Source: a virus | Taxonomy: Duplodnaviria > Caudoviricetes | DNA: 27,630 nucleotides | Strand: one strand, 5' to 3' | IMG/VR virus record: IMGVR_UViG_3300032318_002287 | Location: 1-27,630 of that record | Shown: positions 1 to 9,973 of the stretch, piece after piece | How positions within the stretch are numbered: the stretch's first letter is position 1 | Layout: the number at the start of each line of letters is the position of its first letter | The notes under the pieces: generated by a model | What the model was told of the DNA's origin: nothing | The model's database searches: none | The model's input: the letters and a program-made list of their open reading frames with translations, nothing else | Position numbers and translations under genes: made by a program

Positions 1-248
1 GAACCAATGAATATCGCATTAGTATTGAATGTTATATTAGCAGTAACTGAAGTATTTCCGCCATAAAAATTATTCGAATATACTGCATTTGCTGTAAATG
101 ATGCACCAACAGCAGCATTACCTACTGCAGTATTTGAATTTGTTGTCACAATTTTATTAGTGAGAGCATCTGCAATCACATTAACTTTAGTAACTAATCC
201 ACCAAAGGTATCTGATGCAGTATCAACGTTTGCTACTGTAATAGTCAT
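1..248 (-). CDS. Partial virion structural / fibre-like protein (runs off the left edge)
   Basis: Not in the ORF track. ATG at 248-246 overlaps the upstream TGA (ATGA). Reads MTITVANVDTASDTFGGLVTKVNVIADALTNKIVTTNSNTAVGNAAVG... with no stop to position 1; N/T/A-rich like the neighbouring structural genes. Confidence 0.75.
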   Translation of the reverse strand, partial: MTITVANVDTASDTFGGLVTKVNVIADALTNKIVTTNSNTAVGNAAVGASFTANAVYSNNFYGGNTSVTANITFNTNAIFIG

Positions 249-457
249 TTGCTACTTATCTTTTCTAATATTAGTGAAAGCATACTTTTCAATTCCGTCA
301 CTTCTTCTCTAAGCATATTTATATCGTTTTCTTTACGTTTTTCTGCTTCACGTCTGAGTTTGTAAGCTTGAAGACTGCCCTTGTCTACATTTATTATAGC
401 ACCAGGATTATCTTCTTGTCTCACAAACCCATCCGTTGGTAATATTTTAATAGTCAT
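245..457 (-). CDS. Small coiled-coil hypothetical protein of the type found downstream of VrlC-like genes in T4-like phages
   Basis: 70 aa; 'FVRQEDNPGAIINVDK..AY' followed by heptads 'INMLREEVTELKSMLSLIL'; tightly coupled to both neighbours. Confidence 0.75.
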   Translation of the reverse strand: MTIKILPTDGFVRQEDNPGAIINVDKGSLQAYKLRREAEKRKENDINMLREEVTELKSMLSLILEKISSK

Positions 458-461
458 AATA

Positions 462-3400
462 TCATATCTGTAAGGCTATAGCTCTCAAATCATTTAATCT
501 AGGAATATTGACTCTATCAGATGATAAAAGAACAACTTTAATTGCAAAATATTTATATGATGAAATTCTACTATTTGAATTATTATAATATTCAACAATA
601 TTACTATTATCAGGATTTGTAAATGCAGTTCTTGCAATTGACGCAACATATCCTTTTAAATAATGTCCTATTTCTGTTACGCCAGAACCTGTTGAAGATG
701 TTAGATTTATTGCTGAACCGCCTTGTGATGCTGATAATTGTAATGTAGTTGCACCTGCTCCTACTACATAATAAAATGTATTATTTGATAATCCGCTAGG
801 TGCAGTATTGCCAGAAGCAGTATAATATAATACAATTTGATTGTTAACAAAAGCATTTGTTGTAAATGTTATGGTTTCTGCTGTATTTGAAACAGAAGTA
901 TTTCCGTTAAAAGATTGAATTAAAGATGTTCCTGCAGGAACGCCAAACTCGTATTCAATAAAATCATCAACTTTACCTTGTGATGTATAAACAGAATCAG
1001 AAGCATTTAAATAAGAGAGCGGAGTCCATAGTTTTGTTGAAAATTCTTCTGGATCATCCGAACCTAAAAATTTAGCATATACTTTAATATCTGAATTAAT
1101 AGGACGAGTTGCAGTTAAATAAACACGAAGATCTTCAGCATCTTGTCCGTCAGCTAATACTACCTTTTTAGAAATATATTTAGAAAGGCTATTTCCATAA
1201 GTAAATTGTTCATTTGTATAATCATTGTTTATTAAATTTTCAATAAAATAAGATGATTTTCTTCTTAAATCAATAATAGGCGATACTAATGAATCGGCTG
1301 AAGTAAATGTTGCTTGAAAAAATGTTGATTTATTATTTGAACTAAATGCAAGTTCATTGGAACGGCTCATTACAATACGTTCTTTATCAAAAATTTCATT
1401 CATATCTTCGTTTGAAACATTTTTCCAAGAAGAATCAAAATTATAAGATGTATCAGTTCCTTTTAATGCAAAATTTAAATTGGTATTTTGTGGTTGCATG
1501 ATTGCAAATTTAGGAGTTATTATATGATATTTAGAATTATCAACAGAAACAACATTTGCATATGCAATTATAGTATCTGTTAACGTAGTAGAATAAGAAA
1601 GTGAAGTATTAGATGTAGGTTGAATTCTATGAATTTGAATTCTTTCAGAACCTACAGTATTTGAAAATCCTGCTCTAGTGCTATCTAAAACTAAAGTCCC
1701 GTTAATTTCATCATAGTATTGTACTATTCCAAAGGGAGCTCCTGCAGCTGTATTAGCAACAGTAGAATTAGAAGTATATACAACATCTCCTACTGAAATA
1801 TTTCTTGTATTTGCTTTTACTATTCCAGTAAGAGTCAAATACTCATCATCTTCATTATTGAATGCTGCTGTACCGGTGCCTTGATTGAATCTTGCACGAT
1901 ATAATTTAAATTTAATATCTTCTTTTTGAATTGAAGTCCATGATTTTCTATTTGCAGAAACAAACATGATTCCATCATAAGGATTTTCATATACTTGAAT
2001 TCCATTATAGATATCAAATCCTCCAGTTTCAGCAGTCCAAATTAAATATTCTGGAGATCTTCCATCAGGCTCAACAACAAAAGCATAATCATTTTGTGAA
2101 GAAACATATATTGGGTGATCAAATTCAAATGTTGTAGATGTTTGTGCATTGTCTGAAATATTTACACCAGACGAATCTAAATGAGCACTTCCTAAGATTT
2201 TACTAAAATCAGGAACACCGTTTGTTAATACTACTAAAAAGACAGTAACACCTTTAATGGTATCTTTTGCTTTAAAATATAAATCAATTTTAGAAATAAA
2301 TTGGCCCGAAGAATCATTAGGAACTGTTATCATAAATGATTGAGCTATAGGATCATCGCCTCCGCCTCCGTCGCCATTACCACTAATCGGATCATTTATT
2401 GGCCCACTCCAATCTGGAGGTGTAGGAGGATCTGGTGGAGCATCAGGAACAAAGTCAACAATATGATTTTTAGTAACTACAGTATTTGTTACTGTTTCTT
2501 GGCTTGTAAATATTACAGGATTTATTGTTGTTAATGTAGATGATTGTTTAGTTACAGCTAACCCTGAAGAATAAAAAGTAGCTTCAGATTTTGTTAGCAT
2601 TGAGCTAGCACCCGCTACTAAATCATCTACGTTAGTAATTAATAATCTACGTTCTCCTGATAAAAATTGCCCTGCAGGAACAGTAAAGATTCCTGCAACA
2701 CATCCAGAGGAATTTGATGAAAGAGCAGTTCCTTTACTAGCAGTTGCAGTAACAATATTTTTTTCTTTTGTATTATAAGTAAAATCTTTAATATCAGTAT
2801 TTAAAATTCCAGGAGTGATATAATCATCAACTTTTATTCCATCAAAAAATACATGAAGTTTGGTATTAGGTTTCATATTTTTTGAATAAAAAGCAATATC
2901 AATTTGTCTCATATAATTTACTGAAGAAACGTCTATTACAGATGTCCCCATATTATATTCTTTATTTGTTGTAGATATTTGTAGTTTAGATACATCTTGA
3001 GATGTCGTAGTTGTAGTAGTAGTGTCAGTAGTAGTAGTTACTCCTCCGCCACCTTCAACTACAGAAATTTTTTGATCTACTAATGATTTAGAACTTTGTT
3101 TTCCAAATATTTGTGTATTGATAAATCCGCTTCCTGCTAAATCTTGCAAACCTTTAGCAAGATCAATTGTATTGTTGATTGCTGGTGCAATTGTTTCATT
3201 TTGAAATATATCTTGAGAAGGTGCTAATACAGCTGAACCTTTCCATGACCATAGACTTTCAGTACAAACTCTATAATTTGTTGCGTATGATTGTTGAGCA
3301 AATTGCTCATGATTATACGGCAACATTAGGAATGGGCCTTTTTGAGTAATATTTGTAGAATTTGAAGAATTATATTGAAAATCAATATAATGATTATTAA

Positions 3401-6400
3401 ATGCTGGACGAGCTATAGATTTCGAAGGATCTATAGATATCTTATATTCTATATCACCAGGATTACCTAAAGCATGTGAATTGAATGGGTCTGCAAATAT
3501 ACCATTTTTAAAACGATCTTTGCCAGTAGAATCTCCAATTGAAACATCCTTTGCTTGTTTTTCAAGTATAGAAAGCACGGTGTAATATTCTAACTTTGCA
3601 ATACGATCTTCTAAAACTCCAATATCACGCATAGTATATCTACGGTTTGTTTTCAATGTAATTTTAGTTGAAAGATCAAAACGATTTGCTGCAGCCGCTT
3701 CTCTCATAGTTAATGAAGGAAATGGGGGAACGTATGCTTCAGCAATAACAGATGCATCAGAAACATTTAAAGGTTTTTTAGGAAAAATATCAGGCATGCC
3801 GTTTGCAACAGATGCAGTGCCGGTAGGACCTAATAAAACTAAATCATATCTAGGAATATAATATTCATAATCAGCTGTAAACTGTGAATCTACTTCTGGA
3901 TGATATTGTCCATATGTACTTATTGACCAAGTATTCGAATTGGATACTGCAGGATTTATTGTTATTAAAGTATTAGCAGGATTTGTATTTGCTACAGAAT
4001 TTGCTGTAGCAGCTTTTACAGGTCTAAAATCAATCGCATTTCGCAAATCAATTGATTTGCCAGAAGTTTTTGATTTGAAAATAGGAATATCAGCAATAGC
4101 AATAGTAGTTGAGTTTGAATTGATTCCGTCTGTATAAATCGGATAGGAATCAATTGAATAATATCCTATACCAGAATCTGTATTGCTAACAAAATGATTT
4201 AAATCAACAAGAATAGTCGATGTTCCTGTTATGTTTGATTTATATGTAGGATCTATAGATATAGTTGAGAGATCATAACTATCATCATTTTGTCCATTAT
4301 TTAAACGAAACCATGCAGAACGATTTGCTGTTGTATTTGAGTATGTACTTGATGATCCAATCCAGATGTTGTTTATCTTAATAACATCAGGCAAACCTAA
4401 ACACCATGGACCAATTGAAGTTGCAGCGTTATTTGAGCAATCAATTTTAACTAAACGATTTTTACCAACTGTTTTTGCTGCTTGTACTGCTGGCGATTTT
4501 GCGACCGGATATTGTGCATATACTGTAGAACCAGATCCGCTATCAAACGTTATTCCAGTAGAAATAGTAAAAGTATTTGATAATGGAGTGACAGAAAGCA
4601 TTGAATCTGTAATATTAAAAATGTGTCCGTCTTGAAAATAACGTTGATATGTATTTGATACAGCGTTTACGGTAACATTGGGAGTAACACTCATCAATGT
4701 ATTAGAATAAATTGCAGAAACTTTAAATAGTGCTGCTGTTCCGCCGGTATTTGAAAGACGAATAGTATCGCCAACCTTTAATGAAGCTTCAAATGTTGTA
4801 GAAGAACCTACAATATTTGCAGCTGTTGAATTTGCAAGCGCAGTATTTGCAGTTATTGTTCCTACAACGTTTGCAGAATAAGCATTTGCTGCTAATATTA
4901 TATTATATTCTCTTGAATCAGTATTATAGATTTGTTCTGTTCCTGCAGCACCTAATCCGCCAGATAAAGTAAATGACATAAATCCATTTGCATTTAATGT
5001 TGAAGAAGTCGTTTTTCTATAATAAAATGTAGTATCTCTAACGCCACCAGTTGGTGTTAATGATTTTATTGCCTGATATCCCGTATCAAATACCATAGGT
5101 GTTAATGTTGCATCATACAATACAGCTTTACTAGATTCTAAAATAAGATCAGCTTTAAATTTCGTATAGCCAGCAGCGTTAGCATAATAAATACTTTTTA
5201 CATCATTTTGAAAATTTTTACCAGTGTTCATTCTTATATTAAATAAGTAAACATAATATTGTGCTTCTGATGTACCTCTAGTACCAGAATAATAAACTAC
5301 AGATTTTATATTAGCATAGCCAACAATATTTCCTGATGTTCCTCCAGATAAACCTTCACGATCTGAAATTGCAGTAAATGCAGTATCATATAATACAACT
5401 TCACCCAATTTATCAAAATTCATTGCACCGAGAACTTCTTTACAATAAACAAAATTTCCGTAATTAGCAGTTAAAATTTTATTTTGAACAATTTGAGTAG
5501 TATTTGCACGATAACTAGTAATACGTCTTGTACCAATCAATTCAACTCTAGAACCTTTAATATAAGAAACACCAGGAGAAATTTCATAATTGAATGTATT
5601 TGCATCTGAAGTATTTGCAGTAGTTTCAATTGAATGTGGTGTAATTACATAATCACCAGATTCTTCATATGTTCTTTTAGATAAAACATCTCCGATAGCC
5701 GAATAAACATTATCTTTTGATGCCATTACCGCAGTATTGTTGTCAAATTCTATAATAGGAAAGAAATTTTTATTTTCTACTAACTCTGTTTTTGATTTAA
5801 CTACTAATGTTGGAGTTAATTTAAGACGATGAGCGCCCGGAGCATTATAATTTGATGATCCATTAGCGTTATCATTTAGTGATACATCTTGATATTCAGT
5901 AACAATAGATTCTACTGTTTCAAATCCTACTAATTGACTATTAGCATTTGAATCAAAATTGCTAACAATTGCATATTGACGATCTACTTTTTGAAAAAAT
6001 CCTTTTTGATATATAACGCCATCTGTTACAGAAACAATATATCCTACACCTATAGCAGCATTTGCAGTAGTATTAGTAGTATACACGTTAATGCTACCAA
6101 CAATATTTGTATTAGAAAGATTAGCTAATGGTTGTTGATTTGCATTGTAAATATAAAGAATCTCGCCGTTAGAAAATGTTGCAACGTCATTATTTGATCC
6201 ATCTTTTCCGGTAAAAACATATTGCACATAAAAACGATTGGTATCAGGATAGTTTGATTTAAATCCTTTTTTAGCAAAAAATAATTTTGCACGAACAGCA
6301 GTATTTGAATCTTTGCCGTTAGTTATAGTATAAGTATCATCTAAATCTTCAACTGATGCACCAGGTAAAATAGTATATCCATTAGCAAAAGAATCAATTA

Positions 6401-6656
6401 CACGAACAAAATCTGTACTTTGGCGGTTAACCGGCGCACAGCCTGTTACTACAGATCCGTCTTTAAATATATGATCTCCAAATCTAGAAATTTGATTTTG
6501 AATAATTGCTTGAAGTTGAGTTAATTCTCTTGCTTGAACAGCAGTTGAAGGTCTAAAAAGTATTCTATAAAACTTTTTATTTTCATCATAATCATCAAAA
6601 TAAGTACCTTGAAGAATGTTTACTGTAGCATTACTTAATGGAACATTACCGGTCAT
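462..6656 (-). CDS. Large virion structural protein, VrlC-like / DUF4815
   Basis: 2064 aa; N-terminal YFDDYDENKKFYRILFRPSTAVQARELTQLQ..Q..RFGDHIFKDGS, plus APGAHRLK, RTYEESGDY, RRYTMRDIG.LEDRI..LEYYT.LS.LE, RFKNGIFADPF and DPIAQSF motifs; SD AAGGA upstream. Confidence 0.85.
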   Translation of the reverse strand: MTGNVPLSNATVNILQGTYFDDYDENKKFYRILFRPSTAVQARELTQLQAIIQNQISRFGDHIFKDGSVVTGCAPVNRQSTDFVRVIDSFANGYTILPGASVEDLDDTYTITNGKDSNTAVRAKLFFAKKGFKSNYPDTNRFYVQYVFTGKDGSNNDVATFSNGEILYIYNANQQPLANLSNTNIVGSINVYTTNTTANAAIGVGYIVSVTDGVIYQKGFFQKVDRQYAIVSNFDSNANSQLVGFETVESIVTEYQDVSLNDNANGSSNYNAPGAHRLKLTPTLVVKSKTELVENKNFFPIIEFDNNTAVMASKDNVYSAIGDVLSKRTYEESGDYVITPHSIETTANTSDANTFNYEISPGVSYIKGSRVELIGTRRITSYRANTTQIVQNKILTANYGNFVYCKEVLGAMNFDKLGEVVLYDTAFTAISDREGLSGGTSGNIVGYANIKSVVYYSGTRGTSEAQYYVYLFNIRMNTGKNFQNDVKSIYYANAAGYTKFKADLILESSKAVLYDATLTPMVFDTGYQAIKSLTPTGGVRDTTFYYRKTTSSTLNANGFMSFTLSGGLGAAGTEQIYNTDSREYNIILAANAYSANVVGTITANTALANSTAANIVGSSTTFEASLKVGDTIRLSNTGGTAALFKVSAIYSNTLMSVTPNVTVNAVSNTYQRYFQDGHIFNITDSMLSVTPLSNTFTISTGITFDSGSGSTVYAQYPVAKSPAVQAAKTVGKNRLVKIDCSNNAATSIGPWCLGLPDVIKINNIWIGSSSTYSNTTANRSAWFRLNNGQNDDSYDLSTISIDPTYKSNITGTSTILVDLNHFVSNTDSGIGYYSIDSYPIYTDGINSNSTTIAIADIPIFKSKTSGKSIDLRNAIDFRPVKAATANSVANTNPANTLITINPAVSNSNTWSISTYGQYHPEVDSQFTADYEYYIPRYDLVLLGPTGTASVANGMPDIFPKKPLNVSDASVIAEAYVPPFPSLTMREAAAANRFDLSTKITLKTNRRYTMRDIGVLEDRIAKLEYYTVLSILEKQAKDVSIGDSTGKDRFKNGIFADPFNSHALGNPGDIEYKISIDPSKSIARPAFNNHYIDFQYNSSNSTNITQKGPFLMLPYNHEQFAQQSYATNYRVCTESLWSWKGSAVLAPSQDIFQNETIAPAINNTIDLAKGLQDLAGSGFINTQIFGKQSSKSLVDQKISVVEGGGGVTTTTDTTTTTTTSQDVSKLQISTTNKEYNMGTSVIDVSSVNYMRQIDIAFYSKNMKPNTKLHVFFDGIKVDDYITPGILNTDIKDFTYNTKEKNIVTATASKGTALSSNSSGCVAGIFTVPAGQFLSGERRLLITNVDDLVAGASSMLTKSEATFYSSGLAVTKQSSTLTTINPVIFTSQETVTNTVVTKNHIVDFVPDAPPDPPTPPDWSGPINDPISGNGDGGGGDDPIAQSFMITVPNDSSGQFISKIDLYFKAKDTIKGVTVFLVVLTNGVPDFSKILGSAHLDSSGVNISDNAQTSTTFEFDHPIYVSSQNDYAFVVEPDGRSPEYLIWTAETGGFDIYNGIQVYENPYDGIMFVSANRKSWTSIQKEDIKFKLYRARFNQGTGTAAFNNEDDEYLTLTGIVKANTRNISVGDVVYTSNSTVANTAAGAPFGIVQYYDEINGTLVLDSTRAGFSNTVGSERIQIHRIQPTSNTSLSYSTTLTDTIIAYANVVSVDNSKYHIITPKFAIMQPQNTNLNFALKGTDTSYNFDSSWKNVSNEDMNEIFDKERIVMSRSNELAFSSNNKSTFFQATFTSADSLVSPIIDLRRKSSYFIENLINNDYTNEQFTYGNSLSKYISKKVVLADGQDAEDLRVYLTATRPINSDIKVYAKFLGSDDPEEFSTKLWTPLSYLNASDSVYTSQGKVDDFIEYEFGVPAGTSLIQSFNGNTSVSNTAETITFTTNAFVNNQIVLYYTASGNTAPSGLSNNTFYYVVGAGATTLQLSASQGGSAINLTSSTGSGVTEIGHYLKGYVASIARTAFTNPDNSNIVEYYNNSNSRISSYKYFAIKVVLLSSDRVNIPRLNDLRAIALQI

Positions 6657-6665
6657 TTTTATTCC

Positions 6666-8468
6666 TTAGAGAGTTAAAATCAAATATGCTTGTTCAAAAT
6701 CAACATTAGATCTTGTAATTTTTTCAACGTTATCTATATATAAAACAGAACTAGTATAAGGTTGTATATCAGGATTATTTATACTTGAAATAGTAGCAGT
6801 TGCAAAAGAAGTTGCACCTGAAAGTGTTTCAGAAGTATATCCGTTTGATGAATATAAAAATGTTCCTGTTATTACACTTAATTTTACTACTGTACTGTTT
6901 GCAAAAGCAACTTTACCTGAAGCCAATGAAGTAGAACCTGTTACTGTTTCATTACGAGAAAATGTTCCTGTAATACCTGAAATATTTAATGTCATTAATG
7001 CATTAAATGTATTTGCGCTATATGCCCTGGTAGTATATAAAAAATGCGTTTCACCTGTCGCTGCAGAAGTTAAATTTTTTGTGTTACCTTCATAAGTATC
7101 ACTTAGTGTTATTGTAGTTGTATTTGATGTCTTGACAAAATACATTTCATTATTAACAAATCCAGAAAGAACTGTATTTGAAGTAGGACAAACATAAGTT
7201 ATCATATCACCTGGTAAAAAGTGTGTATTTGCATTAGCAATTGTTATAGTTTCATTTGTATTAGAAATACCTGTAGATGATGTAAAAGTAGCAAATGTGT
7301 TTGGAGCAGAATACTTATAAGGATATGATATGATTCCTGCTTGTCTAAAAGGAACATCTGTAGAAATTGTTGAGTATTCATTGTTACTAAAAAATAGTGA
7401 AACGCCTACATTATAACAACCCAATTCTGTTGCTACATCATACCCGTGACCACCCTTAGGTGGTATTATTGCTCTTGCAGTAGCATTAGAACCATATGAA
7501 GGATTTGCTATAATTGAAACATTAGCATAAGAATAATTTGATCCTGTGCTAAGTACATCTATAGTTTCAATAAAATATGATCCTGAAATAGTATTAACTG
7601 TGCAAACTGCTTTTGCTCCAGTGCCATCGCCAGTTATTCTTATTTGAGGTGCAATTCTAAATTCAGAAGTCGTATCTAATGCAGGTGAATTAATCAAATT
7701 AGCAGTATAGATAAAATGTCCTAAACTATTAACGATATAGTTAGATACTGTTGTTAGTTGACTAATACCTGTTCCTACTGTGATATAAAAAGCAGCATCG
7801 TTATAGAAATAATTATCGGTAGACAGCGAGGATGATGATACTACTTTAAAAATTGAATTGCTAATTACTTGACTGATTGATCCTGTAATATATCCCCTAT
7901 ATCCTGATCCTGCAGTTTCAATCAAAATAATATCAATAGAACCATTTGATGCTGCTGCCAACACAGTCGAATTTGCATCTACTGGTATATACGCAGAAGT
8001 AGAAAATTTAGTGTTGTTTGCAGTTTCAACAGTGTACATATATTTCCAAATATATCCATCTGCTGTTTGAAATTTGTTAGTAGAAATTGTTGTTGGTTCT
8101 ACAATTGATTCGCCGCCGTTATTATTGTACAGACATTTGAATACGTTTTCTGTTCCATTAATAACATAGAATTCTTTATCGTACATATATTGGTCGGTAT
8201 CATCATATTGTGCATACACAGTACCCGATTGCCATGAATGTCTATCAAGCAAATTGGTGACGTCTGATGCTTTAATTCTTTTACCTAAAATTAATTCACG
8301 TTGAAATTTATTAATATATTCTGTAGTATTGATTGCATCCTCAGGAACATTTTCATCAGTATACTCAGAATGCTTTGAAAGAGCAAAATAATATATGTTG
8401 CTACTCAATTCTGCTTGAACAGCATTAGCAATTTTTCTAGAAAAATATTTAGTAATAACCTTTGGCAT
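6666..8468 (-). CDS. Baseplate wedge subunit, gp8-like (extended)
   Basis: WQSGTVYAQYDD...FYVIN...VFKCLYNN...PT....TADGYIWKYMY and IIPPKGGHGYD..ELG motifs typical of gp8-like proteins of T4-like phages. Confidence 0.8.
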   Translation of the reverse strand: MPKVITKYFSRKIANAVQAELSSNIYYFALSKHSEYTDENVPEDAINTTEYINKFQRELILGKRIKASDVTNLLDRHSWQSGTVYAQYDDTDQYMYDKEFYVINGTENVFKCLYNNNGGESIVEPTTISTNKFQTADGYIWKYMYTVETANNTKFSTSAYIPVDANSTVLAAASNGSIDIILIETAGSGYRGYITGSISQVISNSIFKVVSSSSLSTDNYFYNDAAFYITVGTGISQLTTVSNYIVNSLGHFIYTANLINSPALDTTSEFRIAPQIRITGDGTGAKAVCTVNTISGSYFIETIDVLSTGSNYSYANVSIIANPSYGSNATARAIIPPKGGHGYDVATELGCYNVGVSLFFSNNEYSTISTDVPFRQAGIISYPYKYSAPNTFATFTSSTGISNTNETITIANANTHFLPGDMITYVCPTSNTVLSGFVNNEMYFVKTSNTTTITLSDTYEGNTKNLTSAATGETHFLYTTRAYSANTFNALMTLNISGITGTFSRNETVTGSTSLASGKVAFANSTVVKLSVITGTFLYSSNGYTSETLSGATSFATATISSINNPDIQPYTSSVLYIDNVEKITRSNVDFEQAYLILTL

Positions 8469-8484
8469 TTATCAATAACCTATA

Positions 8485-9972
8485 TTATGGGAATGCTTGA
8501 GTTCCGTTAGCATAATAAATTCTTGCTAAACTATTTTGTACATATGCTGTAGTTGCAATAGAAGTATTGGATGTTCCATTTGCCATTGTAGTAGCAAACG
8601 AGTTTGCATTAAATGTCACTGTATTACTAAACGTATGAGTATTTGTCCATGAATATTGTGCAGCTGCATTTACAACAATTGTTGACCAATACATCTTGGT
8701 GCCATCGGAGGTTAATGCTTGTCCTGCAGTTCCAAATGCGCTATTAGCAATGATAACACCATTAGCATATACTACGTTTGCTTGTTGTGTAGTATTTCCG
8801 TGAGTATGTGTATTAGTCCAAGTAAATGCATATAATGTATTAGTAGCAGCACTAGACGAATCTGCCCAATACATGGCAGTTCCGTTCGATGAAAGTATTT
8901 GATTAACTGTACCAAATCTATTGTTTGCATATATTACTGAATTGTTTTGGAAGTAAACATTTGAAGTTGTTGTTGAATTACCAAAGTAAATATTTGCGCC
9001 AGTAAAATTAATATTAGCAGTTGCAGAAAGATAACTTGTTGCAATAATTCCACCTAGGTATGAGGCATTATTTGCAGTTAATGATATGCCGCTAAATGTT
9101 GTAGAGTTTACTGTTGCATTTACAGTAGAATTTCCAATTGATAATGTACTAGTAGTTAACTGAACATTTGCGCCAACGTTTGCAGTAGTTGTTGCATAGA
9201 ATGTTGCCGTGTTTACTTGACCTGTGATATTAATAGCAGCAGCGTTGACTAAAGTAGCGTTAGCAGTGAATGTTGCTCCGACTGTATGTGATGCGGCATT
9301 AACCGTACCTGTAGTCCATAATCCCGTAGCATTAGCCTGAACAGCTGAAGCAATATTAGCAGATGTTGTTGCATATAATGTAACTGTATTTACTTGACCG
9401 GTAATGTTTATTGCTGCGGCATTGACTAATGTAGCATTGGCTGTAAATGTTGCTCCAACTGTATGAGACGCTGCATTGACTGTTCCTGTGTGATATGCAC
9501 CTGTAGTGTTTGCAATAAAAATGCTATTGATATTTAAAGTTGAACTAGAAAGAGTTGCATTTCCTGTAGCATTTCCAATGCTAATAGGAAGACTAAGTAT
9601 CATATTATTAGATACATCATTATAGAAAAACTGAACGTTTGCACCTGCAATAGTCAATCCGCCACCATTTGCTTGCAAACTGTTCGCTGCATTTTTAGCA
9701 ACAGTGATATTTAAATCTGTAATATCTAAGTTAGAAGTATTGATTGATGTTGTAACACCCTGTACTGTCAAGTTACCAGTAATTACTACGTTAGCAAAAG
9801 TCACGTTGCTTGTTGTAGTAACATTTTGGTTCATACGGAATGGTAAAACAGTTTCAACAACAGTTCCTGTAGCCAACGTAGATGCATTAGTTGCTGTTGT
9901 CGCCGTTTGAGCGATAACGGCAGTCAAATCTCCCGCTGTTAAAATTTGTCCTGGCGTAAAAGTATAAGGCAT
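8485..9972 (-). CDS. Tail-fibre/spike-like structural protein with internal repeats
   Basis: 495 aa, T/A/N-rich; 'GNLTVQG.TT.INT.NL.I.D..I.V' segment, a 59-aa tandem repeat, and two 'GT.gQ.L.SnGT.MYW...WTNTHT' motifs common in fibres. Confidence 0.65.
   Translation of the reverse strand: MPYTFTPGQILTAGDLTAVIAQTATTATNASTLATGTVVETVLPFRMNQNVTTTSNVTFANVVITGNLTVQGVTTSINTSNLDITDLNITVAKNAANSLQANGGGLTIAGANVQFFYNDVSNNMILSLPISIGNATGNATLSSSTLNINSIFIANTTGAYHTGTVNAASHTVGATFTANATLVNAAAINITGQVNTVTLYATTSANIASAVQANATGLWTTGTVNAASHTVGATFTANATLVNAAAINITGQVNTATFYATTTANVGANVQLTTSTLSIGNSTVNATVNSTTFSGISLTANNASYLGGIIATSYLSATANINFTGANIYFGNSTTTSNVYFQNNSVIYANNRFGTVNQILSSNGTAMYWADSSSAATNTLYAFTWTNTHTHGNTTQQANVVYANGVIIANSAFGTAGQALTSDGTKMYWSTIVVNAAAQYSWTNTHTFSNTVTFNANSFATTMANGTSNTSIATTAYVQNSLARIYYANGTQAFP
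9208..9489 (-). repeat. Intragenic tandem repeat, 177-nt period (35 identical aa per copy)
   Basis: TGTVNAASHTVGATFTANATLVNAAAINITGQVNT encoded at 9385-9489 and again at 9208-9312. Confidence 0.9.
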
Positions 9973-9973
9973 G

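Noticed and set aside
8485-9972. Many N-x-S/T sequons suggesting virion glycosylation
   Set aside because: Largely expected from the very high Asn/Thr/Ser content; no glycosyltransferase in the window and enrichment was not computed.
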